The translations under genes were made by a program, and so were the position numbers. Shown here one piece after another: positions 12,840-25,445 of a DNA stretch of 64,000 nucleotides; positions within the stretch are counted from its first letter, which is position 1, and the number at the start of each line of letters is the position of its first letter. The DNA is from Neoechinorhynchus agilis (lineage: Eukaryota > Animalia > Acanthocephala), in the NCBI GenBank assembly GCA_051530055.1, contig CM121341.1, forward strand, positions 10,952,784-11,016,783, in the 5' to 3' direction. Below the pieces are notes generated by a model. The model was not told the DNA's origin. It saw only the letters and a list, made by a program, of their open reading frames with translations, and searched no databases.

Positions 12840-15004
12840 TCATGGAGCACACCGTCCTGCGATTCTTGGATAAAGGCAGACATCTCGGATGTGGTATCGG
12901 TTAAGCAACCAAACCAAGTACCTTTCAAGTCCTAAGCCATATCCACCGTGTGGAAAATCTCCATACTTTCTTTGATCTAAATACCAATAATAAGGCTCAG
13001 GGTTTATCGCGTTTTTTTTAAGTGCATCTTCTAATTCTTGATAACCGTTCATTCGCATTGATGCTCCTACTACCTCACCAACATTTGGTAAAAGCACATC
13101 TACACTTTCAGTTAACCTTGTATCCTCCGTATCTTTCCTGATATAAAACGCCTTGAGTTCAGCTGGGAATCGGCATAAAAGGATGGGACAACCAATCTTG
13201 TCCGTCATGGCTCGTTCTGGGGCTTCGGGAATGTCATCACCAAAACGAAACTCGCGTTCTTCGCCATCTTCCAGACGATTCTTTATTCCATTTTGATTTA
13301 GATATTCAATAGCGTCAGAGTAGTTTAGACGCATAAAAGGACGTTTAGGAACTTCAAATCCAGGATTAAGATCATTAAGTAGTTGCTTGCCTTCTGGGTG
13401 CTTTGTAACCCTTTCAGCTAATGATGCCGTTCTCTGGCGATAAATAGTTTAATTTACCAACTACATTTTTTCGGAATATCGACTTGGTCAAGTAAAAACG
13501 GTAGTCCTTTCGCACAACTTTACCGAACAAAAGCAAGGAAACGAAAACAATTATTGACTACTAAACAACTTTGAGCTAAAACAAAGCAGTAAATATAATA
13601 TTAAGATTAGTAGTGAGGAGTCCTAAACGATTTTCTAACCAATTGTTCGTTCTTCGTTGATTATCTTTTTTGTTGAGCAAAATTTTAGACAAAAGAACCG
13701 AAAGCTACAAGAGCATCTAAAGAAACAAATTCATCCTATGAGAGTGGATTACGTCGCTTTTGAAGACTTCAAATTTAAAAGATTCTACCTAAGCTTTCTA
13801 CACGAAACGTTCAAAAGGAGAACATTAGCATTCTCCGTCGAAATTAATTGCATACAGATCAATTAAAAGAGTACCATTTTAAGCCAAAAACCCTGAAAAG
13901 AGAATAGCATACCTCTACATCAACAATTAGATCTTCGATATCATCAAGAAGCTGACTAAAATCAATAAACGGGATTTCTCCTTCGACATGAAAGTACTCT
14001 GACAAATGTCGCCTCGTCCTTGTATTTTCCGCTCTGTAAGAAGGAATAATACAGAAAGTCCTGCCAACTGCCGGACAAACGGTCTCAAGATACAACTGAC
14101 TGGATTGCGTTAAATACGCATTGGACCCGTAGTAATTGAGATTGAACAGAGATGCGCCCCCTTCTTCTTGAATTTGAACAAGAGTTGGAGGAAAGACTTC
14201 GCAGTACTTGCGATCAAAGTAATGATCCCTAAAGCATTGAGTGACAATGGAACGCATCCTTAAGATCTTCGAAGTGTTTTCTCCTCTGATCACTAAATGC
14301 CTCAAATCGAGAAGTGTATCAGGATTCGCTTCAACGTTAAGAACAGAATCAATTCCACCGGCAGGAGCCATACCCAATATTTCCAAATGACGAACTTTCA
14401 ACTCTCGTCCGCCTTCGACTGCAGTTTTTCCATCAGGAAGTTTGACAATCTGTCCAAACAACAAAACGCTGGATTCGGTAGAGATTTCATTAGCGTATTC
14501 GGCAAGTTCGTTTTGCAGAACACACTGTAGAAAACCAGTTCCGTCTCTCAATATGAGAAATGTAAGCTTTTTCGATTGTTGGCGTAACCTATGAACCCAC
14601 CCATAGACCTTAACCATCGAAAGGTCAGAAGAGTTGTGGATTTCACGAATGAGAACTGCCTTTGTTTTGCTCATTTCAGCCTGATCTTCGTCCTTTGGGC
14701 TATAAGTGACAGAAGACTTTGGCATTGCTTTAGCCACTAGTGTACTAGTCTTTTGTTTTCGTTTATATTGTTCATGAATAGCAGACCATTTTTTGAATCG
14801 GCTCTTGGTTATTGGCTCAAACCCAACGCTCGCATCTTGTCTTATAAATATCGATGACATCGGGGGAAGGGCTTTTGTGGTACGAAAGGCAGCATCGAAT
14901 GAAAAATAGGGACTTTCTATAGTGCCATCGCCTTCGTTCCCACTATCTGGGTTAAGACAGCAAATGTAAATGGGAGCTATAGATGATCCGTTTGATGCTG
15001 ACAT
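12840..15004 (-). CDS. NARS1: Cytosolic asparaginyl-tRNA synthetase, two exons
   Basis: N-terminal GDGTIESPY extension, VKVYGWVHRLRQQ anticodon domain, AYLTQSSQLYLE, YRAENTRTRRHLSEYFHVEGE, then KRPFMRLNYSDAI...PHGGYGLGLERYLVWLL...YPR. Intron roughly 13435-13909; acceptor uncertain. Confidence 0.95.
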
Positions 15005-15302
15005 CTAAAAACTTCAGATTTTGTAATTCCGAAACGTTGATAATGCAAAATGAATATAAAAAGACTAAATTCTGAGAATTATCGTTTAAAAATCGATAGG
15101 AAATGTTCAGTGTGATCAACAAATTTGGATTTTCCAAAGGAAAAATAATACTAAGAAAACTAAAAATAAACTTTGAGTATCTATTTGAAATTTTGAATGT
15201 CATGTCAGAGTGCAATCGAATTTACGAATGTCGCATGATATAAAATCCAAAGAATATAAACTTAAACGGTTAAAGTATACATTTAAAAATTATCGCATTA
15301 AC

Positions 15303-15917
15303 TCGAAGCGTCGGTGTTTAATATTCGAGACTTTACACGCTAAGGTAAAAAGATTCTAATACCGAGCGTCGACGTTTAGTATTCGAGGCTTTTCACGATA
15401 AAACGATTCGAATACCGAGCGTCGACGTTTAGTATTCGAGACTTTACACGCTAAGGTAAAAAGATTTTAATACCGAGCGTCGACGTTTAGTATTCGAGAC
15501 TTTACACGCTAAGGTAAAAAAGATTCTAATACCGAGCGTCGACGTTTAGTATTCGAGACTTTACACGCTAAGGTAAAAAGATTCTAATACCGAGCGTCGA
15601 CGTTTAGTATTCGAGACTTTACACGCTAAGGTAAAAGGATTCTAATACCGAGCGTCGACGTTTAGTATTCGAGACTTTACACGCTAATGTAAAAAGATTC
15701 TAATACCGAGCGTCGACGTTTAGTATTCGAGACTTTACACGCTAAGGTAAAAAGATTCTAATACCGAGCGTCGACGTTTAGTATTCGAAGCTTTTCACGA
15801 TAAAAAGATTCGAATACCGAGCGTCGACGTTTAGTATTCGAGACTTTACACGCTACGGTAAAAAGATTCTAATACCGAGCGTCGACGTTTAGTATTCGAG
15901 GCTTTACACGCTAAGGT
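15303..15917. repeat. Minisatellite, about 10 copies of a 58-59 bp unit with a palindromic GTCGAC core
   Basis: Unit GAGACTTTACACGCTAAGGTAAAAAGATTCTAATACCGAGCGTCGACGTTTAGTATTC; a shorter variant occurs twice. Confidence 0.95.
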
Positions 15918-16845
15918 TGTACCTATGAATATCTTTTAACTGCTGCGAGGCACTCAAAGCGAGTCGATATCTTTCAGTTGATTTCAGTCGCAATTAAAAA
16001 TTAAGGAAGTTTGCTCACTTATTTTTCCAAACTTTCACATCACTCCCCGTACAAACGAAGAGCAACTCTATAAGAATACAGGAACCGATTTCCTATCGAT
16101 ATTCTGGACATCATCGCGCTGTTAATAATGCGGAGAAGGCGTTTAGTGAGTGTGTTTCCTTAAAGAAACTTACGGCGCCATCCATCGAAGTCCTCGTATC
16201 GGTTAGCAAAATTGGTCTCCTATGTCTGCAGCTCTTCGCTTTTCCTCGTTTGGTATGACAATCTCATGGCATCCTTAAAGAACGGCATTCTTAGTTACAA
16301 CGATCTTTAATCCTTTTCTGAAGAGAGCTAGAACTTTGCGAGAGTTACCGCTGAAATTGGAACTCGCGTATGTACGCGTTACGAATTTTCATTGAAACTT
16401 CTGAAGACTTCAGCGTTGTCCTGAAATTGAGTTTCAAGAACGCTTAGCACTTTATTCGGTTGAAACAAATGTTTATTTTCGACATCAATATTTCGAAGTT
16501 TTACTCCTTCATGGTCCTGAAAAACAATCTAAGAGAGGATGCTAAAAAATGAAATTGTACTTCAAAGTTAACCTGGCCACTGATTTTAGCTGGTATCGCA
16601 AACCGTGCCATAAAAAGATAGTCATGCATCGAGAATCCCATCATACTTTTGTGTGATAAAATAAGCAATTTATGCTGAGATGCACGAGACAGCATTTAGT
16701 TGCTCATCTTTGTTAACTGATAAACGATTGGGGATAGACAGAGTAAACACAATTTTCGCTGATAATGGATATTAACGTAAAATTTTTTTTGCCAAACTGA
16801 TATATTTTATTTCAATCAATCTTCATTTCTCGACAATTAACACAC

Positions 16846-18050
16846 TCACCACCTCCCGCCAAATTCCAGCTTTTGTCCTTCCTCGACCGTCGCCATCACG
16901 CTGGCAGCATTGCCCCGTTGTACTGCTAGCGAGATATTTTGTCGAAGGAATACGCCTGCTCTTGAGTCTCCGGTTGCCTCTCTCAATTTCTTCGAGAGAT
17001 CATGGAGCAGAGAGAGTGCCGAGCTGCCGAGCGCTCCATACGTCTCTACCCCAAAGGGGACAAAATAGTGAGCCCTCGATAAGTGAAGATATTTCCGTAT
17101 TTTCCTCCCTTCCGCTGCACTGGCGGCACCAACGGCGATTTCGAGGGAGTAGGGGATGTTGCTGGCTGCGAGGGTATCCACACACGTGGCGTCCCAGAGA
17201 AGGCATTTGCCCTCCCGCCACGGAAAGACCGAAATTCCATCGGGCCTACGGCCGTCTAGTCTATAGAGGTGGGCGGGTTCCAGGATGTTCGGGAATTTCG
17301 CCGTTCTTAACGCCCGAGAAATTGCGTTATTGATTTCAGAATGGCGTGAGAACCTACGTGCTGACCTTCTGCAGACGAGACCGTGTCGCCCTAGAGCATC
17401 AACCAACGACCCACATCGACAGCGATGGGACGTGCATATCGGGAGACCAAGTCTTAAGGATACTGTGATCCTCGTTACCTCGTCAGTAAGAAGAGTTCCC
17501 ACTGATGCTGGAGGAACAGCCTCCAACCACGCCCCAGATTCTCGTGTTGAAACTGCCAACAATATAGCTCGGATGACCCCATCGCGAGAACCTGAAAGTA
17601 GAGAGCTGTGAGCTCTCGCGACAAGAGGTCTGTCCCAGATCGACTGTCTGAGGCCATTCACGGGAACATGGTTAGCGCCTGTCTGCTGGCACCATTCCTC
17701 AACCGCCACCACGAAATCCCGGTCAAGACAGAACTTTTCCTTCAAAATGTTCTTCGAGACTGGTAGGCTCCCCTCAAACGATCCAAGAAAGGCTGGCAAA
17801 GCAAGGTCCACTAGTGCCCGAATTCCCAATCCCCCAGATGACACAGGCAAAGAAGCTTGTCGCCACGCCTCATCTGAGAGCTGGACATTTAAAATACGCT
17901 CGAGACAAGCCCTCGCCTTGCCTAGATCGTACGGTTCCAGTAGCGGTGCTATTTAAAATAGGAGAAACGGAGCGACACGATGGTTCACGGAATCGATATG
18001 GAGGAACATCGATTCTCAAGATAAAAATATATCTTTGAAGACTGGCCAGT
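16846..18050 (-). mobile_element. CRE-clade non-LTR retrotransposon, 5'-truncated (RT thumb, CCHC knuckle, restriction-like endonuclease)
   Basis: LERILNVQLSDEAWRQASLPVSSGGLG, CRCGSLVDALGRHGLVC, RHSEIN, RPDG, WDATC, FVPFGVETYG, QRGNA. Confidence 0.88.
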
Positions 18051-18149
18051 CGGTAACTTTTATCAAGTATCAACGTGTGGCCTTTTTTCCACGGCTGATA
18101 ATTTTTCCTTGGGCACACAGTCAGCCGATCTGGTTCAGGCAAGCGCATA

Positions 18150-18330
18150 AAATCACTTAATACCCTGAAACATACGGTTATAAGTTTGTAAATTCCTCCG
18201 AATCCTCAGATACCTCCAGGAGGCGGGACTCATCAGTGAGTTTCCTCCATTTGGTTGTGCGTCATTGGCGATAACGGATTCGAACCAGTTGACAGTTAAC
18301 TGGGATCAAGGCTATTAATCCACTTGACAG
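18150..18330 (-). mobile_element. tRNA-derived SINE copy
   Basis: Minus strand GTCAAGTGGATTAA (A box) and GGTTCGAATCC (B box), followed by a body shared with 25290-25445 and 59050-59255. Confidence 0.55.
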
Positions 18331-18499
18331 CGAATAAAACACTTTTAACAATTGAATTGATAATGACTGATTGAATCGTCGAAATATATACGTCTTTAAT
18401 GATCCCTCTCGAGTGTCGACAAGCGACCTATATAACAACATAAATATATATCACTGAAAAGTTCACCAGCGGAGTACGAAAGCTGCTGTGACGATCGAG

Positions 18500-18955
18500 A
18501 ATGGATGTTCTGATTGTTCAGAGAAGCGCGCCTAAACCTAGGCGAATCCTGACGATATTTGGCCCAGCCTCGGGTTTGATGTGTAGGCACGCAACAGAGA
18601 GGTCGATGGATGCAATTGGAAGACAATATTTAATTTGCATTTGAAGCAAAGTGGTCCACGAGATGACCCACGAACGATGTGGGCCGATTGGCAAAACGAG
18701 AAGTAAAACTCTCGACGTGAGTTGGGTTTGTGGCCAAGGACTCGGTGCAGCTATCGTGGAAGGGATGGTGTTTCCGAAGACAATGTAAGAGAGAGTTCGG
18801 GACATCACTACGACAAAACTCCAGAACTGCTCAACAAACGGGACGAACTTCCCGCTTTGAAGTCGCTACTTTAACAAGCTGCAAAACTCCACGCGCCTTT
18901 GCAGATTCCTAAAGAAGTTGTAAGACGGCGAAAGTTCGAAAATAAAGATTTTCTT
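18500..18955 (+). mobile_element. Decayed PLE 3' fragment (linker plus GIY-YIG remnant)
   Basis: Frameshifted LIVQRSAPKPRRIL, IGKTRSK and LLNKRDEL; the last also ends the 8817 ORF. 18770-18950 is the reverse complement of 58785-58955. Confidence 0.55.
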
Positions 18956-18996
18956 TATATGAGCATAATCCCCTGGGCATGACAAATTTGAATCAA

Positions 18997-19033
18997 TGAC
19001 TGGTGAGGCGAGATTATCTCGTGAAATATTTCA
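18997..19033 (+). ncRNA. Minimal hammerhead motif with one core change (A6G)
   Basis: TGA-CTGGTGA-G-GCGAG(ATTAT)CTCGT-GAA-ATAT-T-TCA. Confidence 0.55.
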
Positions 19034-19188
19034 AATTTGTCACGCCCGAATTATCCCGAAAGATTTTCTATCCATGATTAAAACTGAGGAAGTTTCGCCA
19101 TCGAGTAACGACCCAAATCTCAAAAAATGTGTGAAAATTCAATTTTATTATTCGCTCACTTTTTTTCGTGTTCGTGCTACAACGACTG

Positions 19189-19599
19189 CTAACGTCCATA
19201 TTTTTGAAAATGCCACTCACTGTTGTCAAGTGGACAGACTTGCCTGCTCTTGAGCCATCTCGAGATGCAATGATAATGAAACGCATGATTACATATACCC
19301 CAAGCGACGGTGCATTCCTCAAATCTCGTCTTCTCCTCTTCCGTTTCTGGACCTTCACTTTCACCTCGTTCCTCTCGTTTCGGATCATTCAATTGGCATT
19401 CAATGCAGAGATCCATTATGTTGCTACGACAAACAGCACAGTTCTCAATCGCCAAATCCCAAGCCCAAAGAGCAACGGCATTCCATTTCCTGATCTCAAA
19501 TCGTTTTCGTGGACTACCATCTTTCACTTCATCCACCTCCATCGTTTCAACTTGATCCACCTTATCCACATCGATAGCTTCAACCGATTCGTCAGACAT
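19189..19599 (-). CDS. RBX1: RING-box protein 1, intronless
   Basis: [37 protein letters not shown]...[44 protein letters not shown] at 19599. Confidence 0.96.
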   Translation of the reverse strand: MSDESVEAIDVDKVDQVETMEVDEVKDGSPRKRFEIRKWNAVALWAWDLAIENCAVCRSNIMDLCIECQLNDPKREERGESEGPETEEEKTRFEECTVAWGICNHAFHYHCISRWLKSRQVCPLDNSEWHFQKYGR

Positions 19600-20113
19600 T
19601 TTGCAAAGGAACAACACGAGGTTCGCGCTTCACTGTTAAAAGTTCTTTATGTTCACTTTCTTTTGTCTACACACCGCCAATTCTAAACGTTTCTTAAAGT
19701 TTATAAAACTCAAATCTTCTCACAAAATACTTTATTCACCATTGTATTCGGTCAGATGGTTAGATTGTTATTTTGGTCGGTGGCTTATGAAAATCTGAGA
19801 TGAGGAATCATGTTAAACATGTCTACCAATTAAATGAGTCGAAATATATAGATTCGTCTTTAACGTGATTCCTCCAGCAGCCGATCAAAATAATAACAGA
19901 TATGTGTTTTGTAGTAAAATTTAGAAAATATAATAGCACGTCTATTGGTAAAAAATGCAGAATAGGACCCATGCACCTTCAAGTCCTCATAAGCACTCGA
20001 GTTCACAGTTGTTCCAAAAAAAGCGTATCCGTTGAGATGGGAATATCCAGCCGAGGGATGCCGTCTGGGTGGTAATATCTGGTCGGAAGGATGCCCATTT
20101 GGGTGGAAGTATC

Positions 20114-21150
20114 TGTCACGAGCACTAGTTTTTTATTAGTCTAACGATCACACACACCAAACACACTACTGTACGTTTTTAACTCAAAGTAGATGTGAAT
20201 GGCGACCTTCTCCCCACCAATCTTCCGGGATATTGGTCATAGGGCAATTCCGGTCTCCTCCGTACACGAGAGCTTCTTCCGCGAAGCTCTACGGGCGCCT
20301 GATGAGGAACTAATGGAGTAGCCCACTTGATGTTGTCTTATGTTTTTACCGGAGTGATGACCCCTTGCTACACTAGTCGTTCAATTTCACTGAAAATGTA
20401 TGTTGTAACGCGAAAGGAATTCGCCTAGCTGACCACTTGCTGGACCCAGCCTCCGTTCTAACATTCAAGCAAACTCTCGCGGACATTCGGCTTGCAATTT
20501 CTCCAAAATGGTATCTGTCGAATCGGTTTCTTTAATTTTGTTCACTTGTACTATCTTAGCCGGAATATCAAGACCCATCTCGATGATCCATGGAAGCCCG
20601 AACAATGGCATTTCCATTCCCGGTACCATTGTTACTCGCATTCGTCGTGTGATGTCCTGATATTTGACTGAAACTGTGCAGTGATCCAATGGGATGATTT
20701 TGCTGCCTCCGCAAGCTCTTAGCGGCTTCGCCGGTTCCAATCGAGGTTTCCCAATCACTTTCCACGCTCGCTCTGCAACATCATCACACGGTGTCCATTT
20801 ACTCTTGTTTCAATTTTTGCCATATTTCGCCTTAGCTCTTGGATGTTATCGATTCGCCGCTGTTCGTATATCGACCACTGCAACGTGAACACGCGCCTCC
20901 ATTTAACTGGCCTCCCGTTGTATATCTCATTCCCCTGAATTTCATTTTATCCACGTTGCTGTCGATATTCTCCGTTGTCATCAGATCCAAAGCTTTTTTG
21001 GTTGTTTCGTAAGTCATCGCGATGTTCATTACCTCATCCAGTGTTTGAGCGGATCCTTGCAGTACTGCTTTACGGACTTCATGATGATAGGTCAAACGAA
21101 CGATAACGTCTCTTACCTGGAACGATGCAGCCGTCTGCTCGTTCACAATG
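20114..21150 (-). mobile_element. Internally deleted Ty3/Gypsy LTR retrotransposon remnant
   Basis: Gag-like segment, protease C-terminus (VSVKY...MPLFGLPWI), RT start (EIERLV*QGVITPV...WATPLVP) and integrase tail (LRGRSSRVRRRP). Then a purine tract GGGGAGAAG and a short LTR-like 20114-20206 with AATAAA ending GTGACA. Confidence 0.7.
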
Positions 21151-21239
21151 TCCTTTTTGAAAAAAATACATCATTTGGCCGCTTCCCATAAATCACACCT
21201 CGAAATTCGTCCACTCAATCGGAAATCCCAGACTGGGCT

Positions 21240-21620
21240 CTTCACTGAATCATCCCCGAACTCATCGTCGACCCTATTATCCACATTATAAACCACAGCG
21301 TTTTATATGGTATCTACCCCTCACGCCTGAAAACTGCTAAAGTGATCCTTCTTCCAAAAAAGGACATCCGATTTCCACCGAATCATTCCGTCCAATATCC
21401 ATTCTACCCTCTCCTTCAAAAATCATCGAAAAATGTTTTAAATCTCGCATTTTTTCGCTTTTCAACAACAAATTATCGCCCCTACGATTCGGCTGCTGGC
21501 CAAAATTTTCTGCAACCGATGCTCTACTTTGCATTTATAGCACACTCCTACGCAACCTCGACGATAATCCCTCCCACGTCAACCGTCTCATTCAAGAGAG
21601 TCCTTGACGGCCCGCCACCA
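21240..21620 (+). mobile_element. Decayed L2/CR1-like LINE reverse transcriptase fragment
   Basis: HIINHSVLYGIYPSRLKTAKVILLPKK matches the non-LTR RT motif preceding NYRPIS; frameshifted. Confidence 0.55.
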
Positions 21621-22630
21621 TGTTGAATTGCCACCCGGACGAATTTTAGAGGAAAGGAAGTTTTTGTGGATTTTTTTGTTAGTAAGTGCTTTTTGTAAAC
21701 GGGAAAGTCTGGAGAGTTATTGCAGTGGGCCTTAGAAGCTTGCCTTTGAAGAAGTTTCAATATGGCGATTATCCATGACGGGTCCCTTCCCTTTTTCACA
21801 ATATTTCTTCTGCCTCGTCGGACTTCAAGTCTGAAACGTGGAGATAGAGTTGGTTTTTTATTCTGGGATTGAGAAAATAAGGATTAATTCCCCTTTTCAC
21901 AATATTTCGTCCTTTTCGTCGGAATTCTTCAGGTCTAAAATGTAAGTCAGTGTGGCTTTATCCTAAGTTTGACTGAGGCAAATACTAGAGCTCCAATGAA
22001 ACTCTAAGAAACGGTTGGGTTTGTTATGAAATGGAATTCTTTTGCCAACGGCACTTACTTATTATATCGACTACACCTAATTTTCTTACCGATTGTTAGA
22101 AGGGCTACAGCACAGCTGAGCTGCAAAAAGCTGGCTTTCCTCAAATACTTAATCAACTACTAAAAATCTGCAATTTTTCCGATTAGCAATATCTCATCGT
22201 AGTTGACGAGAATAACTTTGTCGAGATTTATGAATGTAGTTTTGAAATCGATCTCAACCTCTACTTTTTAGACCTGAATAAGTCCGAAGGACCAAACATT
22301 TTTATCTAATAAAATTAATCTCTATTTTCTCAATCGCCAAATAAAATACATCAATGAACTACTTCTTTAAAATAATATACATTAATCATGTAGTGAAAAT
22401 AATCGCGGTAAGCAAAAAACTTGCGAAACAATGACGGACGTTGCGAGCTTACCTCGCGAAATATTTCCAATACCGGGATTATTTTTCACCAAACCCAATT
22501 TTTCCTATTTCATTGGCTGTTTTATCGATTCTCTGAAAACGTAAAAATCGCAATTCAACTGCGAACTCTTAGGAAAAGAGCAAATCACGATAGAGGTTTT
22601 AAGGTAGTTTTATTTGTCATGATTACGCGG

Positions 22631-23426
22631 TCACTCGAAATTCCTTGGTGCGTAAAATTGATTGTTAGGAACAAGATTATTATTAGGAGGTTGTCTTCTG
22701 GCACTCGCGATCAGTAAATTCGAAACACACGATGTAAGTTCATCTAATTTAGATTTTGCTTCGGTACCACGGGTTTGAGCGGACATTGCTACCGAGAGAA
22801 CCTGTGCCAAAGATGTCTTTAGTTCTTTTATTTCATCTTGGTGTTTTTTGACGGCATCGTTTAAGTCGTTCACCATTTTATTGAGTACTGAACAACGCCT
22901 GTCAAGCTCAAGACAGCCGTGACATGGGTGAAGAAATAAGTACGCTTTTAAATAAAGGCCGCCCATTTTCCAAATTCCTTCACTTTAAATGGACCGAGGT
23001 TGTTAAAGGAGAAGATCTCAATGATCGTCTCTTTGAACTGGCACTCATTGCTGTCCAACTTCTTACTGCTGTGATCACTTTAGCTGCAGATAAAGCCTTC
23101 ACGGCCACCGCGAATCCATCTTGTAAAAACTTATCATGAGTTAACGGAATCTTAAATTCAAACTCTTCTCGCAGAATTCGGTATAGACCAGCAACGAATT
23201 CCCGGTCCGTTAATACGCTACTACTAAGATCAATGTGATAGTTCGCAGTAATGTGAGTCGCAAATACAGAATCGTAGTCCATCAAAAGAAACTGGTAAAG
23301 CCTCATGTACTCTGATGTGCCGCCAGTACGAATTTGGCCAACATCAGGAGTGAACTTTATAAGTGTCAACTCTCTTAAAAGACATCCTATTGCGTTATTT
23401 AAATCACCGGTAGCTGTTAAACTCAT
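22631..23426 (-). CDS. CEP44: Centrosomal protein 44-like, two exons
   Basis: MSLTATGDLNNAI and TDREFVAGLYRILREEFEFKIPLTHDKFLQDGFA align with the CEP44 N-terminal domain. A GT-AG intron of about 95 nt leads to a coiled-coil exon. Confidence 0.75.
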
Positions 23427-23989
23427 ATCTAAAATAAACAAAATACCCTCTGCATAGTAACACTATAACAAATCAAGAAATAAACTTTTAAAATGACCAG
23501 CGGAGTCATCGATATGTAAACTAACTTAAAATATCCGCTCAAAACACGGAATAACATAAGAAAAGCCGTTGATGTCATCGAATGTGTTTTACATCCGCGC
23601 AAAAAACACGGAAGAATTATTCAGCGATTTTAAAAATGTGGTCCTGTAGATGTATTTTTAATTCGCGCTTAAAACACGGAAGATCTAATAAATTTTACAA
23701 TAAAATGAGTTTAAACCCGCGCTAAAAATAAGAAAGATCTAAATTAAGGTTTGTCAGAAGAGTTGTATTCGAAAAGTTCAATCCGTTTATATTCGAGATA
23801 AAAGCGCGGTAAATTAGAAGTTTTTTTACAAAAGTAGTATTCACAAAGTTAAATCAGTTGAAATTAACGCTAGACGAAAGTAATATTTAAAAGTAAAATC
23901 CATTTAAATTGGCGGTAAAAACATGCAAGATAAACACAAATGACGATAATACGACATGTAAGTTAAACTTTGCGCTGAACGCGTATTAT

Positions 23990-24451
23990 ATGGCTGCCAC
24001 TCGTAGATTACAAAAGGAGTTGGCGGAGCTTCAACTTGTACGTCAGCAAAATCTTCATTCTGTTCAAATCGATGGCGATGACATTCTAACTTGGAATCTT
24101 CTTCTTCTGCCTGACAATGCTCCCTACAACAAGGGAGCTTTCCGCGTTCAAATGTCGTTTCCTTGCGAGTACCCCTTCAAGCCACCTCGAATCATCTTTA
24201 AAACTCCAATTTATCACGTAAACATCGACGAACATGGACAAGTCTGCCTACCGATTATCATGAGTGAGAATTGGAAACCTGCTACGAGAGCCGATCAAGT
24301 CATCCAGACACTCATTGCAATGGTTAACGACCCACAACCTGACCACCCGCTCAGATCAGACCTTGCTGAACTATTCAACAGAGATCGCAGAGCCTTCTAC
24401 AAAAGAGCCGAGGAATTCACTACTCAGTTCGCGGAAAAGAGACCTTGTTAG
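23990..24451 (+). CDS. UBE2L3: Ubiquitin-conjugating enzyme E2 L3 (UbcH7), intronless
   Basis: MAATRRLQKEL, PYNKGAF, EYPFKPP, IYHVNIDEHGQVCLPII..ENWKPATRADQVI, HPLRSDLAE. Confidence 0.93.
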   Translation: MAATRRLQKELAELQLVRQQNLHSVQIDGDDILTWNLLLLPDNAPYNKGAFRVQMSFPCEYPFKPPRIIFKTPIYHVNIDEHGQVCLPIIMSENWKPATRADQVIQTLIAMVNDPQPDHPLRSDLAELFNRDRRAFYKRAEEFTTQFAEKRPC

Positions 24452-24766
24452 TCCGATAGTATAAAGGAAATTAAGTTTCTTTCAAATGTAACATAAACAT
24501 AGAAAATTCAAGTCATTTAAAAATTCGATCCAACCAACCTCATCAAAAAAGATATTTTATCCAAAGAGCGAAATGTTTTTTCGACATTATTAAATTCAAA
24601 TTGTAACATATTTTATCATTTGGAGATATCTTTTATCCGGAGGAGAGGCTATAATTCGGGATAAAAGATATTTTGTGGCTATGAATAAGGATTAACGATT
24701 TTTTATCGGTTTGATATATCTTTTTTGTCTTTGATTACAGTTTCGCCTTATAAGTCATTGCTTGTT

Positions 24767-24892
24767 AGTTTTTCTTCAATGTTTTCAGATCTTGAGATGG
24801 ACTTTTGAAGTTTTTCTTCAATGTTTTCAGATCTTGAGGTGGACTTTTGAAGTTTTTCTTCAATGTTTTCAGATCTTGAGGTGGACTTTTGA
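24767..24892. repeat. Three tandem copies of a 42-bp unit
   Basis: AGTTTTTCTTCAATGTTTTCAGATCTTGAGRTGGACTTTTGA at 24767, 24809, 24851. Confidence 0.95.
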
Positions 24893-25289
24893 GAGCAGCA
24901 TACGATGATCAGATATTGATCCTTTATGGAGCACTTTGTGCTTTATCCTCCTAAAACAACCACACGAACAAGTACTTATTTCATCGCAGCTTCAATGTTT
25001 CTTTGTCAAATTGGATAAATAAAGCGATTTTGCTGGGAACACAAGTATTTCAAGCATAAGTTTCTTGTTAAGCCGTTTTTAAGAAGTTTACATTTGGCCG
25101 AATCGGCTAACAATAATCAAATCGTCAGCAATCGTTTGAAATCTTATACGTGAGACTTCTTTCATTTATTGATTGTGTTAGGAATAACTTGTTTAAACGA
25201 TTTTCATTCATCTTTTTTTCCTGTTGATGTGAATTAGCACTTTTCGCGGTTGGAGAAATTTTGTTTTACATCAGAGAAGTGATATAACC

Positions 25290-25445
25290 ACTTAAACTCT
25301 GATGAACAACAGTTAAGAGTTAGTACATTCCTCCGGATCCTCAGATACCTCCAGGATGCGGGACTCATCAGTGAGTTTCCTTCCTTTAACAAGGTATTTC
25401 ATCCCCTTTGGTTGTGCGTCACTGGCGATCGTGGATTCGAACTCT
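25290..25445 (-). mobile_element. 5'-truncated copy of the tRNA-derived SINE
   Basis: Begins at GAGTTCGAATCC (B box) and shares CTCACTGATGAGTCCCGC..GGAGGTATCTGAGGA with the other copies. Confidence 0.55.

Noticed and set aside
15303-15917. Palindromic repeat resembling a CRISPR array
   Set aside because: There are no unique spacers, the context is eukaryotic, and no cas genes are present.
16050-16700. Possible short minus-strand exons
   Set aside because: Splice-like signals exist but every join ends in an early stop and no family is recognisable.
18195-18245. CTGATGAGTCC in the SINE body as a hammerhead (also at 25330-25380)
   Set aside because: Stem II closes on GGAG-GAAT rather than C-GAAA and no stem I partner is found in any topology.
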